This document shows positions 1-11,174 of a stretch of 64,000 nucleotides of DNA, in pieces. The DNA comes from an uncultured Desulfobacter sp. Its GTDB lineage: Bacteria; Desulfobacterota; Desulfobacteria; Desulfobacterales; Desulfobacteraceae. Location of the stretch: NCBI GenBank assembly GCA_963665095.1, contig OY762069.1, forward strand, positions 2,496,001-2,560,000. The letters run 5' to 3'. How positions within the stretch are numbered: position 1 is the first letter of the stretch; every line of letters starts with the position of its first letter. The notes beneath the pieces were generated by a model, which was not told where the DNA came from, ran no database searches, and saw only the letters and a program-made list of their open reading frames with translations. Made by a program: the position numbers and the translations under genes.

Positions 1-539
1 TTATATCAGCAAACAATTTTATGGCTTGGTTGATGTCGATACCTAACTTGTCCCCTTGAAGATACTGATAAATCAAACAGTTGTACCATCAGTATCTGCC
101 GTAATCTCAAACAAGATGCTGTCATACGACAAGGCTGAGGCATGTGGCAACGGAGCTGTTCTCTTCGGTGTCTACTACGCTCTGGGCGCTGTTTGCCGGA
201 TACGACACAATAGTCATTTCCCCGTCGCTTGCTTTGGCTTTTGTTGCCCGGACACTAAGGGTAAACTGACTGAGGCTGTCATAGTCGGAAAGCAGTGATT
301 GAGAAGTGTCGTCATCTGTTTCCAAACCGCTGGAAATAAGGGTGGCCAGATCTATTTTGAAGGGCTGCAATATCGTCCTGCTCTTCCTGGTTCAGCTCTC
401 CTTGAATCTCTATGGACACGGTTTCACTTGGCACTTTGATCATCAAGTAGTCCCGGGACATCTATGCCCTGCTCCCTTATATAGTAGTAATCGACTAAGG
501 TGGCTTGGTTGGTCAAGGTCACTTGGTCTCCCTGGGCGG

Positions 540-1497
540 TAGTAACTTCAACGGTCGTCTCGGCGGTGGATATAGCAGGTCTGATGTTTCCATATAATGT
601 TTACTCGAAACATCTGCCACCTGGTGGTTGGTAAGAAGATCAAATTTCCATTTCTCAATGCCATTTTCAACGGCTATGGCCTTAAAAGTCCTGCGCAAAT
701 CGTGGGCACTTACATTTGATTTAATGGCCGCTGATATCTTTTTCATGGGAGCCAAGACCTCTTTGATATGGCCATACTTTCCCTTGGAAGCAAACATGTA
801 TTCATTGACTCTGGGCCGGCTGTCTATGATCTGACAGGCAAGGTCTGAAAGGGAAAATGTAACGGCCGGTGATTCTTGGGGTCGTCCAGGTACCACCACT
901 TTTCCTCTGTGTTCACCCGGTCCCAGGTCAAGGTCGTGACTTCATCAACGCGGCCTCCAGATAAAAGGATAACCATTGTGGCATCCACCATGGTTCTGCT
1001 GGCCGGTATTCCAAAGTTTTTGCTCAGATATGATGTTGACAGGATTTTCACCAAACACCGGAGAATCATCCGGGTACCTGTATTCAGCGACAGCATAGTT
1101 CCACAAAGCACGGAACACCCTGAATGCCTGGTTTGCCTGGGCAGGTGACCTTTCGCTTTTTTCCACAAACTTCCTTTTCACTTCGTCCCTGTTTATTCGG
1201 GATAACGACCTCTTTTTCCAGGCTTTAAAATTCAGGTCACTATGGGTTTTAATGTCTTTTATGGATAGTGGTTTTAGTTTTTTGGATTCAACATATGATT
1301 TCACCACCGTTTCAAGGGAAACAGTCTCAGCCTTTTGCCTGGGTCGCTCAAATTAAGGGTCCTCACCCTGAGCAATTTTAGCAAGTTCCATCTTTGCCAT
1401 GTCCCTTGCCTGTTTAGGTGTCAAAGCCCCATATATACCTAATGTAACCCGTCTATTTTCCCCCCTGCCCTGGCCTGCGCTTCAAGATACATATGAT
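540..1497 (-). pseudogene. Tyrosine recombinase/integrase (P4-like, N-terminal Arm-DNA-binding domain), frameshifted into at least 4 pieces
   Basis: Fragments read RRVTLGIYGALTPKQARDMAKMELAKIAQGEDP* (Arm domain), SPAQANQAFRVFRALWNYA, LLSGGRVDEVTTLTWDRV (catalytic R) and HDLRRTF...LLTNH...HY (HxxR, H, Y) in different frames. Confidence 0.85.
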
Positions 1498-1540
1498 TTG
1501 AAATGTTATTTATCTTTTCCCGAGCAATAGAATCCTCCTG

Positions 1541-1770
1541 CTATCTGGCTGTATTTTCAAGGATTGGTCCAGACCCAAAACCATATACGAATACACAATC
1601 CAGTTGATCGGTTACCTTTTCAAGCGTTTTGATGGTCAGTGCCCCTGAAAGCTCATCCTGCTCATTTTTTTTACAATTCGGAATTGACTGCCCCCCCAGG
1701 CGGTCTGCCAACTGCCGCATATTCATCCCAGGCGCATCCCGGATCGCACGTATCCATTTTCTACGAACCG
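1541..1770 (-). pseudogene. Mobile mystery protein A-like XRE HTH fragment
   Basis: WIRAIRDAPGMNMRQLADRLG...ELSGALTIKTLEKVTDQLDCVFVYGF matches the family pattern; both ends missing. Confidence 0.7.
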
Positions 1771-1810
1771 TGCAAACACTACTTGCGTGCAATATCCATA
1801 TCCATCGGCC

Positions 1811-2400
1811 TCAGCAGCTCTCCAGGGTCCTGGATCTGACAGACCTGAATCCCGTCGCCAGCATGGCGTCGGCAACAATGCCCTGGTCAAAGGGTTTAAA
1901 GGGGGAATTGTGCATGGCCCAGGCCATGGTGGAGATGACAAAAAACTCAGGGCAAGTGGACTCATGGGTCAGCCCCTCGGAACAGTTGATAAAGACCCCG
2001 CCTGGGTTGAGCGCATGATAAATTTTAGCCATTACCGATCCAAGATCGGGCTTGGCAAAATTCAGGGTGGAACCGGCCCAGATAAAGTCATAGCCCTGCC
2101 CTATTGCGTCGGTGTTGTAGTCTCCGGGGCACACCGTCACTTGCGCCTGCATGCCGTATTCGGCGATGAATCTGCGGGCGGCATCCATGGAGGACTTTCT
2201 GTCAAAGAGCACCCCTGTCATATCCTTCATCTCCCTTTGCATCAGAAAACTTTTTCCGAGGTAAGAGGGACGGCCCGAAATAAGGAATGCCTCGGCCATC
2301 AGGGTATTGGAAAAGATACTTTGTTCTTTATTCAAAAGCCCCAGGGCCGCAAGGCCATTGAGGAAGAGGCCCGTATTGACCGGGTCCAGCTCCAGGCGCC
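1811..2400 (-). pseudogene. O-methyltransferase (dimerisation + SAM domain) with N-terminal and internal deletion
   Basis: LNGLAALGLL...FSNT dimerisation helix and GDY...GYDFIW...ALNPGG are present, but the LDxGxG SAM motif is absent. Confidence 0.7.
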
Positions 2401-3202
2401 CGCAATTTATGGGCATAAGTTTCCCCTTCATCGCTTAAAGGGTCAAACTCGGCAGTAATAATATATGCCGGAGCCAGGCCGGTGAAATCCTTTTCTTTTA
2501 AGGGAGAAACAATCGGATCCGACAGATTTCCTCCTGCATATAATTCCCCCATGGTATATTTAACAATATCTGTTTGGAGGAAAGTACTATGCTCTATCCG
2601 ACTCCTGGTTTCACACGCCACATCCACCACAGGATAAATCGGTATCTGGAGCAACGGCTGTGGGGTACCTTCCCGTTTAGCTTGATGGGTCAGTGCACAG
2701 GTTAGATATCCTCCGCCGCTGTCACCGGCAATGGCGACCCTGTCCTGATCTACGCCAATCTCATTCCCGTTTTGCTGGAGATACCGTAAAACTGCGTAAC
2801 AATCCGCCAGGACTGCCGGGCATTTATGTTCCGGGGCCAGACGGTATGCAGGCGCCAGGACAATACAATCGGCTTCTTGGGATAATACGGAATTCTGACC
2901 ATGGTAATCATCTGGAGACAGAAGGCACCAACCCCGCCACCGTGGAAATAGGCCAATGCCGGCAAGAGCTGATCTGTTTTTATAGAGACATAAAGCTTAC
3001 AGCGAATTTCACCTTATAGGCCGGGAATGTAAATATCTTCCATTCTGTAAAGATTCCTGACCGGGGGATCAACGGTTTTCCAGAATTCACTGTTCATAGA
3101 TCTCCATTCTTCCATGGGGATGTCCCTGGGGGAAGGAGGATTTTCCATACCTTTCAGGAAAACGTCCAGCCATGCATTTACCTGTGGGTTTTTGCATCTC
3201 AT
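2400..3202 (-). pseudogene. Hormone-sensitive-lipase-family alpha/beta hydrolase (esterase), disrupted
   Basis: YFHGGG oxyanion motif, RVAIAGDSGGG nucleophile elbow (~2710-2740) and ITAEFDPLSDEGETYA are split by stops/frameshifts; C-terminus lost. Confidence 0.8.
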
Positions 3203-3624
3203 TATCGTTATCCTTTGCCAATTTAAAAATTCAGTACCAACAACTATATATTGATATATAAATTCATATCAGGTACTACATATTGTATTTGAGATCAAGT
3301 GAATTATCCTATTTATTAGAACAGCAGCCTTTTTTTGCCGAGCTGCAACGGATCAACTACAAGTGGATCTGTAACAGCCGGTCTCGAGCTATTTTGAAAA
3401 AAGTTCACCCATTAGCCCATTCTTTTGGCATAGTGGAAAATTCAGAATGGTTACGCCACTTATTGAATTAAAAATCTCTGCCAGTAAAAAGATGAAGGGG
3501 ATTGGTCAAATTCTAACCCCCCAATAATAGAAAAGCCGGCAATTATATTTTGTTTCAGCACAATATCGACAGGTCATAAGCATCGCTTTTGTTATTTAAT
3601 GTACCGACTTTATTTGTGAAAATG

Positions 3625-3657
3625 AAAAAGCCCCTGAGTAACGGCTACTCAGGGGCT
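3625..3657 (-). terminator. Rho-independent terminator of the cold-shock gene
   Basis: AGCCCCTGAGTA-acggc-TACTCAGGGGCT 12-bp stem followed by a T-run on the minus strand. Confidence 0.8.
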
Positions 3658-3684
3658 ATAATGTCACTGGGATAAAATGGTATA

Positions 3685-3888
3685 TTAAATCACGGTCACA
3701 TTTGCAGCTGACGGGCCTTTGGGACCCTGTTCAATGTCGAATGAAACTTGATCACCCTCATTGAGAGTTTTAAAACCAGTTGCATTGATGCCTGAATGAT
3801 GGACAAATACATCTTTGCCACCACCTGCATGTTCAATAAATCCAAAACCTTTTGACTCGTTAAACCATTTTACGATACCGTTTGCCAT
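3685..3888 (-). CDS. cspA: Cold-shock protein (CspA family)
   Basis: [15 protein letters not shown]...DVFVHHS (RNP1/RNP2), 67 aa, AGGAG RBS. Confidence 0.97.
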   Translation of the reverse strand: MANGIVKWFNESKGFGFIEHAGGGKDVFVHHSGINATGFKTLNEGDQVSFDIEQGPKGPSAANVTVI

Positions 3889-4011
3889 GTAGGCGTTCTC
3901 CTAAATAAAAATAAAAAAAATCGTCTCGATCTTAAAGAATAATCACTGATTTCTCGGGGAAAATATCTAAGGAAGAAACTAAAGCACTTAAAAATAGTGC
4001 AATGGGTACAG

Positions 4012-4039
4012 AGCATACAGGAAAAATTGAGTATGTCAA
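4012..4039 (-). promoter_or_regulatory. Sigma70 promoter of the csp gene
   Basis: TTGACA-16 nt-TATGCT on the minus strand, giving a long (~115 nt) 5'UTR typical of csp genes. Confidence 0.55.
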
Positions 4040-4056
4040 GAAAATTAAATTTTATA

Positions 4057-4790
4057 GTAACTATTCAGCAAAAAAAACGCATTTGATGTCATTTTTTCCT
4101 TGACAGGGGTTTTGGCGAAAAATTTGAATTTTCGGTTTCATATACAAAACCCTTCATTGGGGAGGGTTATAACGGATATCATTAGATCCACTGGTTTTTA
4201 GCCGACAGATGAATGGCCAGCCATATCCTTCATCAGACCCCAACCGAGGAAAAAAAGAAGAAACCTGGCCCCCGTAAACCCGGAGGACAAAACGGACATG
4301 TTGGAACCACCCTTCGAAAATTTGATACCCCTGATCAAATCGAGAATATCCCTGTAGACAGAAAAAAACTTCCAAAGGGGAAACGATACACAGATCCCTT
4401 TCCCGAAGGGATTAATCGCCCGGTACAATATGGCATTGATGTAAAAGTACATTCCGTGTATATGTCGCAATATCAGTTGGTGCCGTATAAGCGAATTGAA
4501 GAGGACTTTCAGGATCAGGTAAAAATTCCGATCAGCGCAGGGACGGTTTTCAACTTCAACTATGATGCCTATCATAAACTTGAGGCTTTTGAAGCCATGG
4601 TTAAATCAAAATTGATTGCGCCCGGCCTTTGTCATGCAGATGAGACCGGTATCAATATCAATGGGAAACGGGTTTGGCTGCATTGTGTATCCAATCCTTT
4701 ATGGAGTTATTATCTTCCCCATGAAAAAAGAGGTTTAGAGGCCATGGAAGCGATGGGAATATTGCCTCATTTCAACGGGGTCCTCTGTCA
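4057..4790 (+). mobile_element. IS66-family (ISBst12-like) remnant, left end plus truncated transposase
   Basis: Terminal GTAACTATTCAGC at 4057 (same 13-mer at 21976); ORF with RKPGGQNGHVG, QYG, HADETG; identity with the second copy stops at 4790. Confidence 0.88.
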
Positions 4791-5196
4791 AGTATTCCAA
4801 AAAATATCAGGACTCGTGCGTCTGTTTGATGGGGATTGGAGACACAAAACAATAGCTCGGGTCGCCGATTGCTTATGAGAAATTCATTTTTTATAACACG
4901 CTTGTTTTGGAATTAATTTCGCGCTAAGGCGCGAGGATTTAACGCATTAAGGACAAAAACATGGGGGAAAGGAAGCATACATCGGCGTGCATACTGTCCC
5001 CCATGTTCTCGTCACCAGTCACGGCGCTCAGGTTGCTTCCCAGCATTGCCCTATCCTCCGAACTGGCGGCGGCCACAGTATAATGATCTTATGAAATAGC
5101 AAGAGAGATCTGGCAAGGAAGGAGGGCGTTACCGCCAGATCTGACAAAGGATTCCCAAAAAATGTAGCTTAAAAAAAGTCAAAATCGGTCTTGACA

Positions 5197-5422
5197 TTGG
5201 GTCCACTTCACACCTTTTGTATTGCTCAGGCTCAGTATGATGATTTCTTTTGATTGTGCGAGTTCCTCCAATGGATGAACCTGCAAGGCGCCTTGGCTCA
5301 ATACTTCTTTCACAGTCGCACTTTGGATTCTGGCAAAAAAAATCCACCTCATATCCGGCATCAAGCAAATTCAGCACCATCCCGACACCCATTTTTCCAA
5401 CACCAATATAACCGATTTTCAT
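5197..5422 (-). pseudogene. NAD(P)-dependent oxidoreductase (6PGDH/3-hydroxyisobutyrate DH family) N-terminal fragment
   Basis: MKIGYIGVGKMGVGMVLNLLDAGYEV Rossmann motif, frameshift in a T-run, truncated near 5197. Confidence 0.75.
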
Positions 5423-5756
5423 TATTCCCCCCTTCACTCGGCTTTATTAGTTTTGGATGTGCCGGGAATGATTTATTAATATTCCACCCAAAGCCTGGCA
5501 CAGTCTCTGTCTTAGCCCACATAAGGTTAGACGTTGTTTATTCTGGGTAAATTAGGAGTATTGGAGATTACCCTGACTGACTTTGAGAAGGCAAGAGTGA
5601 TTTTAAGCACCTGGCTTATGATCTGATTTGATGGCTTGATTGAGCGAATTTGAAAATCAAACTGAGGTGATTGAGGCCAAGGACTACTTCAGCTCGGGTG
5701 CCATTTCTGAATAGAGCTTACCTCCTATACTTTACCGCAGTGATACTTTTGGGCTC

Positions 5757-6551
5757 TTAACGATTTTTAAGAATGTGTTCGGCGAGCTGGGCAAATCCGA
5801 TTCCGCCCTGGCCCTGTGTGATAAAACCGGGTTTAACTGTCAGCTGATTTTCAAAATTCAGGATATTGTTCACGCCAACTGAGAGGGGGAAATAGTCAAA
5901 CATGGGTTCGTCATTGGGAGAATCTCCACAAAAGACACATCTGCTTTTCTCGGTGGCAAGATCAATTCCCCAAAGATGGGCAGCCATTTTCTTTGTCATG
6001 CCCAGTTTGTTGTAGTTGCCGAACCAGCCATTTACATGGATGGAAGAGACTTTGTAGGTCGCGCCGTGTTTGTCAAAAATTTTGCATATTTCCTGGATTT
6101 GTTTTTCATCAAGTGGGGATACATCCTCACAAAAATCAATGGCCAGGTCTGCCTCTCTGTAGTTTTGGTCCGATGCAATGCCTGCGCCGGGGATGGTGGC
6201 CAACACCTCTTCTTTAATGCGGTTTAGACGCTCACGTTTACTTAACCGGACTGCAGGTTCGTCATAAAAACAGGTTTTAAATGCCCCTGTATTTTTGTCG
6301 CACCAGAAAAAAAACGCGCCGTTTTCCCCAACCACCGCATCAACAGGCCACATCCGGGAAATATGATCGCACCACCCGGCAGGCCTGCCCGTGATCGGCA
6401 CCAGACGGATGCCGGCATCCTTTAGATTCCAGAGTGCGGTATAGGCCTGGGGCAAAATTTTGCTGTGCAATGAAAAGGTGTCGTCTATATCAAAAAACAG
6501 TGCATTGATCTGTTTTATCTGATCCGGCCCAAGCTGTTGGAGTGGCTTCAT
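5757..6551 (-). CDS. HAD-IIB family phosphatase
   Basis: FFDIDDT (DxD), ITGR, GENGA, GDSPNDEPM motifs; translationally coupled to the upstream permease. Confidence 0.9.
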   Translation of the reverse strand: MKPLQQLGPDQIKQINALFFDIDDTFSLHSKILPQAYTALWNLKDAGIRLVPITGRPAGWCDHISRMWPVDAVVGENGAFFFWCDKNTGAFKTCFYDEPAVRLSKRERLNRIKEEVLATIPGAGIASDQNYREADLAIDFCEDVSPLDEKQIQEICKIFDKHGATYKVSSIHVNGWFGNYNKLGMTKKMAAHLWGIDLATEKSRCVFCGDSPNDEPMFDYFPLSVGVNNILNFENQLTVKPGFITQGQGGIGFAQLAEHILKNR

Positions 6552-7471
6552 TATTTTTCTTTTTCCACCAGCCCTTTAACAAACCAGCGCTGCATAAAAA
6601 GCACCACAAGAACAGGGGGCAGCATGACCAGCAGGGCCGCACCCAGAGCGATATTCCACTCCGGCAGGTCATCGGCCTGGGGAATGAGATTCTGCAGCCC
6701 GATAACGGCTGTGGTCATCTTGGGGTTGGTGGTGATCAGCAGGGGCCACAGATACTGGTTATAGCCGTAAACAAACTCAATGACCACCAGGGCGGCAATA
6801 TTGGTCTTTGACAAAGGAAAAAGAATTTTCCTGAAAAAGGTCATGGGAGAGGCACCGTCGATTTTGGCCGCCTCGCACAACTCGTCCGGAATGGTCAAAA
6901 AGAACTGGCGAAACAAAAAGGTGCAGGTAGCCGAGGCCACCAAGGGCAGAATCAGCCCGGTATAGCTGTCCAGAAGGCTCCAGTTCAGGGTCACGGACAC
7001 ATCATTTTGAGCAAAAAAGGAGACAACGCCATCCAGGTGCAGAAAATCCCAAAGGGTTTGCAGCGGGCTTAAAACATTGGCGGCCATCTCGTAGGTCGGC
7101 AGGATCCTTACCTCCACAGGCAGCATCAGGGTGCAGAAAACTGAAGCAAAGGCAACCACTCTCATCCGGTAGTCAAAATAGACAATGGAGAAAGCCCCGA
7201 TCATGGAGACACATATTTTGCCCGCAGTAATGCCTGTGGCCATGACAAAGGAATTAAAGATCTGGGTACCGAGATCTCCTCTGCTCCAGGCCTCTTTCAT
7301 GTTGACCCAGAACTGGTCCCCGGGGATCAGGGGCATGGGTACCTTGGAGACCTCATCCAGGGGAAGGGTCGCCGCAATCAGGCTGTAGATAATGGGGAAT
7401 CCCACAATCAGAATCCCCAGCATCAGGAAGGCATAGGTAAAAAAGTCGAGAAAAGGTGTTTTTTCAACCAT
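6551..7471 (-). CDS. ugpE: Ugp-type ABC permease
   Basis: LMLPVEVRILPTY, FLFRQFFLTIPDELCEAAKIDGA (EAA loop), YNQYLWPLL. Confidence 0.88.
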   Translation of the reverse strand: MVEKTPFLDFFTYAFLMLGILIVGFPIIYSLIAATLPLDEVSKVPMPLIPGDQFWVNMKEAWSRGDLGTQIFNSFVMATGITAGKICVSMIGAFSIVYFDYRMRVVAFASVFCTLMLPVEVRILPTYEMAANVLSPLQTLWDFLHLDGVVSFFAQNDVSVTLNWSLLDSYTGLILPLVASATCTFLFRQFFLTIPDELCEAAKIDGASPMTFFRKILFPLSKTNIAALVVIEFVYGYNQYLWPLLITTNPKMTTAVIGLQNLIPQADDLPEWNIALGAALLVMLPPVLVVLFMQRWFVKGLVEKEK

Positions 7472-7476
7472 GATAT

Positions 7477-8367
7477 TTATCCACTGTATTGTACTTTCTT
7501 TTCAACAAACCGGAACTGCAGAAAGGTGATGATGATAATTAAAGACATCAGCACCACGGACTGGGCCGATGATGACCCTAGATTCAGGCCCACAAACCCG
7601 TCCTGGTAGACCTTGTAGACCAGGATATTGGTGGATCCGCCCGGCCCGCCCTGGGTCACGGTATGGATAATGCCGAAGGTCTCAAAAAACGAATAGATGA
7701 TATTCATGACCATGAGAAAGAAAAAGGTCGGCGACAGCAGGGGCAGGGTAATGGTCCAGAACCTGCGGAACGGACTTGCCCCGTCAATGGCAGCGGCCTC
7801 GATCAGGGACTTGGGAATGGCCTGCATGCCGGCCACAAAAAAGACAAAATTATAACTGATCTCTTTCCAGGCGCTGGCCATGACGATCATCACCATGGCG
7901 TCGGTGCCGTATAGCACCGGGTTCCAGTCAAATCCAAACACTTCTTTAATGGCAATGGCCACAATTCCGTAAGAGGGGTGGAGCAGAAAAAGCCACATAA
8001 TGCCGGAGATGGCCGGGGCCACGGCATAGGGCCAGATCAGCATGGTCCGGACCAGGGCCTTGGCCTTAAGGGCCCGGTTGGCCATGGCCGCGATAAACAG
8101 CCCCAAAGAGATGGAAACGGCTGCTGTGGCCAGACTGAAAACAAAAGTAATAAAAATGGATTTCAGGTAGAGCGGGTCTGTGAACAGTTCAACATAGTTT
8201 TGAAACCAGACAAATTTAGACCGCCGGCCAAAGGGGTCACTCAATAAGAATGACTGGCAGATGCCCTGAATTGCCGGCCAGTAAAAAAAGGTCAAAGTGA
8301 CAATGGCCTGGGGCAGAATCAAAATATAGGGCAGATATCTTGATTTAAAATGGGCGCGTTTTATCAT
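7477..8367 (-). CDS. ugpA: Ugp-type ABC permease
   Basis: LIWPYAVAPA, WKEISYNFVFF, EAAAIDGA, SSAQSV. Confidence 0.9.
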   Translation of the reverse strand: MIKRAHFKSRYLPYILILPQAIVTLTFFYWPAIQGICQSFLLSDPFGRRSKFVWFQNYVELFTDPLYLKSIFITFVFSLATAAVSISLGLFIAAMANRALKAKALVRTMLIWPYAVAPAISGIMWLFLLHPSYGIVAIAIKEVFGFDWNPVLYGTDAMVMIVMASAWKEISYNFVFFVAGMQAIPKSLIEAAAIDGASPFRRFWTITLPLLSPTFFFLMVMNIIYSFFETFGIIHTVTQGGPGGSTNILVYKVYQDGFVGLNLGSSSAQSVVLMSLIIIITFLQFRFVEKKVQYSG

Positions 8368-8380
8368 GGTGGATCAACAA

Positions 8381-8406
8381 GAAGCCGGGCAGGTCCGCCC
8401 GGCTTC
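8381..8406 (-). other. Intercistronic stem-loop after the binding-protein gene
   Basis: GAAGCCGGGC-aggtcc-GCCCGGCTTC 10-bp perfect stem. Confidence 0.6.
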
Positions 8407-8429
8407 GATGTCTTTCTATCTATAGGTTT

Positions 8430-9758
8430 TTATTTATAGGTTTGCTCAAAGGTCCTCAGCTGGGCGTTGCTTCGGTCAACGGCCGCGTCAAGTGCCTGTT
8501 TGGGAGACTTCTTGCCGTTCCACACCATTTCAAGTTCTTCATTGATGATGTTGCGGATCTGAACAAAGTAGCCCAGGCGAAGGCCCCTGGAAATCTTAGT
8601 GGGTATGGCCCGGTTCAGCTGGCTGATACCGACTTCCTGAAGGGGATCGGATTCGTAGTAGCCTTTGGCTTTAAGGGATTCATAGGCATCCACTGTAATG
8701 GGGAAATAGCCGGTCTCTTTATGCCAGTATTCCTGCATATCGTTGCTGGCCAGGAACTTGAGGAACTCGGCAACCCCTTTGTACTCTTTCTTTGAATGAC
8801 CGTTGAGTACCCACAGGGAGGCCCCGCCGATGATGCTGTTCTGGGGTGCTGTCATGCTGGCCTCAACGGGAAGCGGCGCTGCATCCCACTTAAAATCCTT
8901 GGCTGCTGTTTTCAACTTGGCAATGCCGCTGATGGAGTCCATATAGACAGCTGCATTCTGGGCCAGGAATTCCGCCTTGGGGCCCTGGTATTTCTGGCCG
9001 CCGTACATGAACTGGCCGGTGTCAGCCCAGGATTTAAGACGGGTGATATGGTTGATCACCATGGGATTGTTAATCTGAAGCTCACAGTCCAGACCTTCAT
9101 ATCCATTGGCCTTTGAGGCAAAGGCCTGGTTGTGAATGGCGCTGTAGTTCTCGATCTGAATCCAGGACTGCCAGGCCGTAACCATGCCGGCCGGTGCAAT
9201 TTTGGCATCCACGATCTTTTTGGTGATGTCACCCAGCTCGTCCCAGGTGATTGGTTTGGTCTTTGACAGAGGGGCGATGCCTGCTTTTTCAAACATATCC
9301 ACGTTATAGTACATGATGGGGGTGGAGGAGTTAAAGGGCATGGACATCAGATTGCCGTCGGCATTCATGTAGTAGGCCAGCACGGCCTGGAGATAGCGAC
9401 TCCAGTCCACGTCAATGCCTGCATCCTTCATAAGTTCATATACCGGATACACAGCGCCTGACAGCATCATGGTCTGGGTGCCCACCTCAAATACCTGGAG
9501 GATATGGGGCTGTTTTTTGGCGCGGAACGCTGCCACGCCTGCGTTCATGGTTTCATCATAGTTTCCTTTAAAGGTGCCGACCACCTGGTACTCGGACTGG
9601 GAGGCGTTGAAATCCTGAATCATTTTTTCAACAATTTCCCCCCTGGCACTTCTCATGGCGTGCCACCAGTTAATAGTAACCGGTTTGGCAAAGGCGGATG
9701 CCGGAAAGATCAAGCAGGCCGCCAGGACTGGCAAAACGAACAATTTCGAAAATTTCAT
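8430..9758 (-). CDS. ugpB: sn-glycerol-3-phosphate/glycerophosphodiester ABC substrate-binding protein
   Basis: Signal peptide, WWHAM, QVFEVGT, PFNSSTP, IIGGASLWV. Confidence 0.9.
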   Translation of the reverse strand: MKFSKLFVLPVLAACLIFPASAFAKPVTINWWHAMRSARGEIVEKMIQDFNASQSEYQVVGTFKGNYDETMNAGVAAFRAKKQPHILQVFEVGTQTMMLSGAVYPVYELMKDAGIDVDWSRYLQAVLAYYMNADGNLMSMPFNSSTPIMYYNVDMFEKAGIAPLSKTKPITWDELGDITKKIVDAKIAPAGMVTAWQSWIQIENYSAIHNQAFASKANGYEGLDCELQINNPMVINHITRLKSWADTGQFMYGGQKYQGPKAEFLAQNAAVYMDSISGIAKLKTAAKDFKWDAAPLPVEASMTAPQNSIIGGASLWVLNGHSKKEYKGVAEFLKFLASNDMQEYWHKETGYFPITVDAYESLKAKGYYESDPLQEVGISQLNRAIPTKISRGLRLGYFVQIRNIINEELEMVWNGKKSPKQALDAAVDRSNAQLRTFEQTYK

Positions 9759-9970
9759 CTCTCTTCCCTCCTGAACTAAAATGTTTTTCAGTGTTTATTC
9801 CATTGGGTTAAACATAAGAAACTTGACCTGTACAACCTACCAAGGTTTATTAGGATCTGGAAACTGTGTCAAGAAGTTAAATTGAAAATCATTGCATTCT
9901 GATTGCTTTTATAGTTTTATGATCGAAATGAAAAATTTATGAATCAAAATAGAAACGCTACAGGGAACAG

Positions 9971-11071
9971 ATGGCTGAATTAAACTTAAAAAATGTTGTA
10001 AAAAAATATGGCAAGACTCAGGTGATTCACGATCTGAACCTCGACATCCGGGACAAGGAGTTCCTGGTGCTGGTCGGACCGTCAGGCTGCGGCAAATCCA
10101 CCCTTCTGCGGATGGTGGCCGGGCTTGAAGAGATTACAGACGGCACCATATCCATCAACGGAAAAATAGTTAATGATGTGGCGCCAAAGGACAGAGGCCT
10201 GTCCATGGTCTTCCAGAACTATGCCCTGTACCCGCATATGAATGTTCATAACAACATGGCCTTTGGACTGAAGCTGAAAAAAACGCCCAAGGCTGAGATC
10301 AAACAGCGGGTGGAGGAGGTGGCAGGCATCCTCGGGCTTGAGAACCTGCTGTTACGCAAACCCCACGAACTCTCCGGGGGCCAGCGCCAGCGGGTGGCCA
10401 TGGGCAGGGCCATGGTGAGAAAACCATCCATCTTCCTGTTTGACGAGCCCCTGTCCAACCTGGACGCCAAGCTGCGCATCCAGATGCGGGCCGAGATCAA
10501 ACTGCTGCATCAGCGGGTTGATTCCACCGTGATCTACGTGACCCATGACCAGGTCGAGGCCATGACCCTGGCCGACCGCATTGTTGTTCTCAGGGACGGA
10601 TACATTGAGCAGGTAGGAACACCTTTGGAGCTGTTTTCAAAACCGGCAAACACCTTTGTGGCAGGATTTATCGGTACGCCACCCATGAATTTAGCAGCGT
10701 GCCGCATCAAAAAGACAGAAGAGAAGACCTCCCTTGAATTTGACGACGGACTTGAAATCCCGGTGCCGGAAAAAGAGAACACCCATTTTGAACATGGCCA
10801 GGCGGTGGTCATGGGACTGCGCTGTGAGGAGATTACCCCGGCGGCCCCGGACCGGGAGGGATCAAATTCCAGCCTGCGGTTATCAGGCGTGGTGCGCGTG
10901 GCCGAACCCTTAGGTAATGAAACCCATCTGCATATTGACATTCAGGGCGTGGCCTTCATGTCCAGGGCTGAGGGGAAACAGATTTTCAGTATTGGCCAGG
11001 CGGTGGATATCGTGATGAACCTGGATCAGCTGCATATATTTGACGGCAAGACCACCCAGGTCATTTACTAA
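9971..11071 (+). CDS. ugpC: ABC ATPase (UgpC/MalK family)
   Basis: GPSGCGKST, LSGGQRQR, FDEPLSNLDAKLR, C-terminal TOBE. Confidence 0.93.
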   Translation: MAELNLKNVVKKYGKTQVIHDLNLDIRDKEFLVLVGPSGCGKSTLLRMVAGLEEITDGTISINGKIVNDVAPKDRGLSMVFQNYALYPHMNVHNNMAFGLKLKKTPKAEIKQRVEEVAGILGLENLLLRKPHELSGGQRQRVAMGRAMVRKPSIFLFDEPLSNLDAKLRIQMRAEIKLLHQRVDSTVIYVTHDQVEAMTLADRIVVLRDGYIEQVGTPLELFSKPANTFVAGFIGTPPMNLAACRIKKTEEKTSLEFDDGLEIPVPEKENTHFEHGQAVVMGLRCEEITPAAPDREGSNSSLRLSGVVRVAEPLGNETHLHIDIQGVAFMSRAEGKQIFSIGQAVDIVMNLDQLHIFDGKTTQVIY

Positions 11072-11174
11072 TGCGGGGCTCCTTCTATGCACTGCCTGGT
11101 GCCGGGCTTCAGTTGCCTGGCAAGGGGCCTGCTTTCCTGATCTGAATACAAACGGTTTTTATGTTTTCAGTATG

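Noticed and set aside
1..420. Short minus-strand ORFs at the window start
   Set aside because: They look like a degraded gene, but no family is recognisable and the region is cut by the window edge.
3283..3471. 62-aa ORF or possible transposase tail
   Set aside because: No RBS or recognisable motif.
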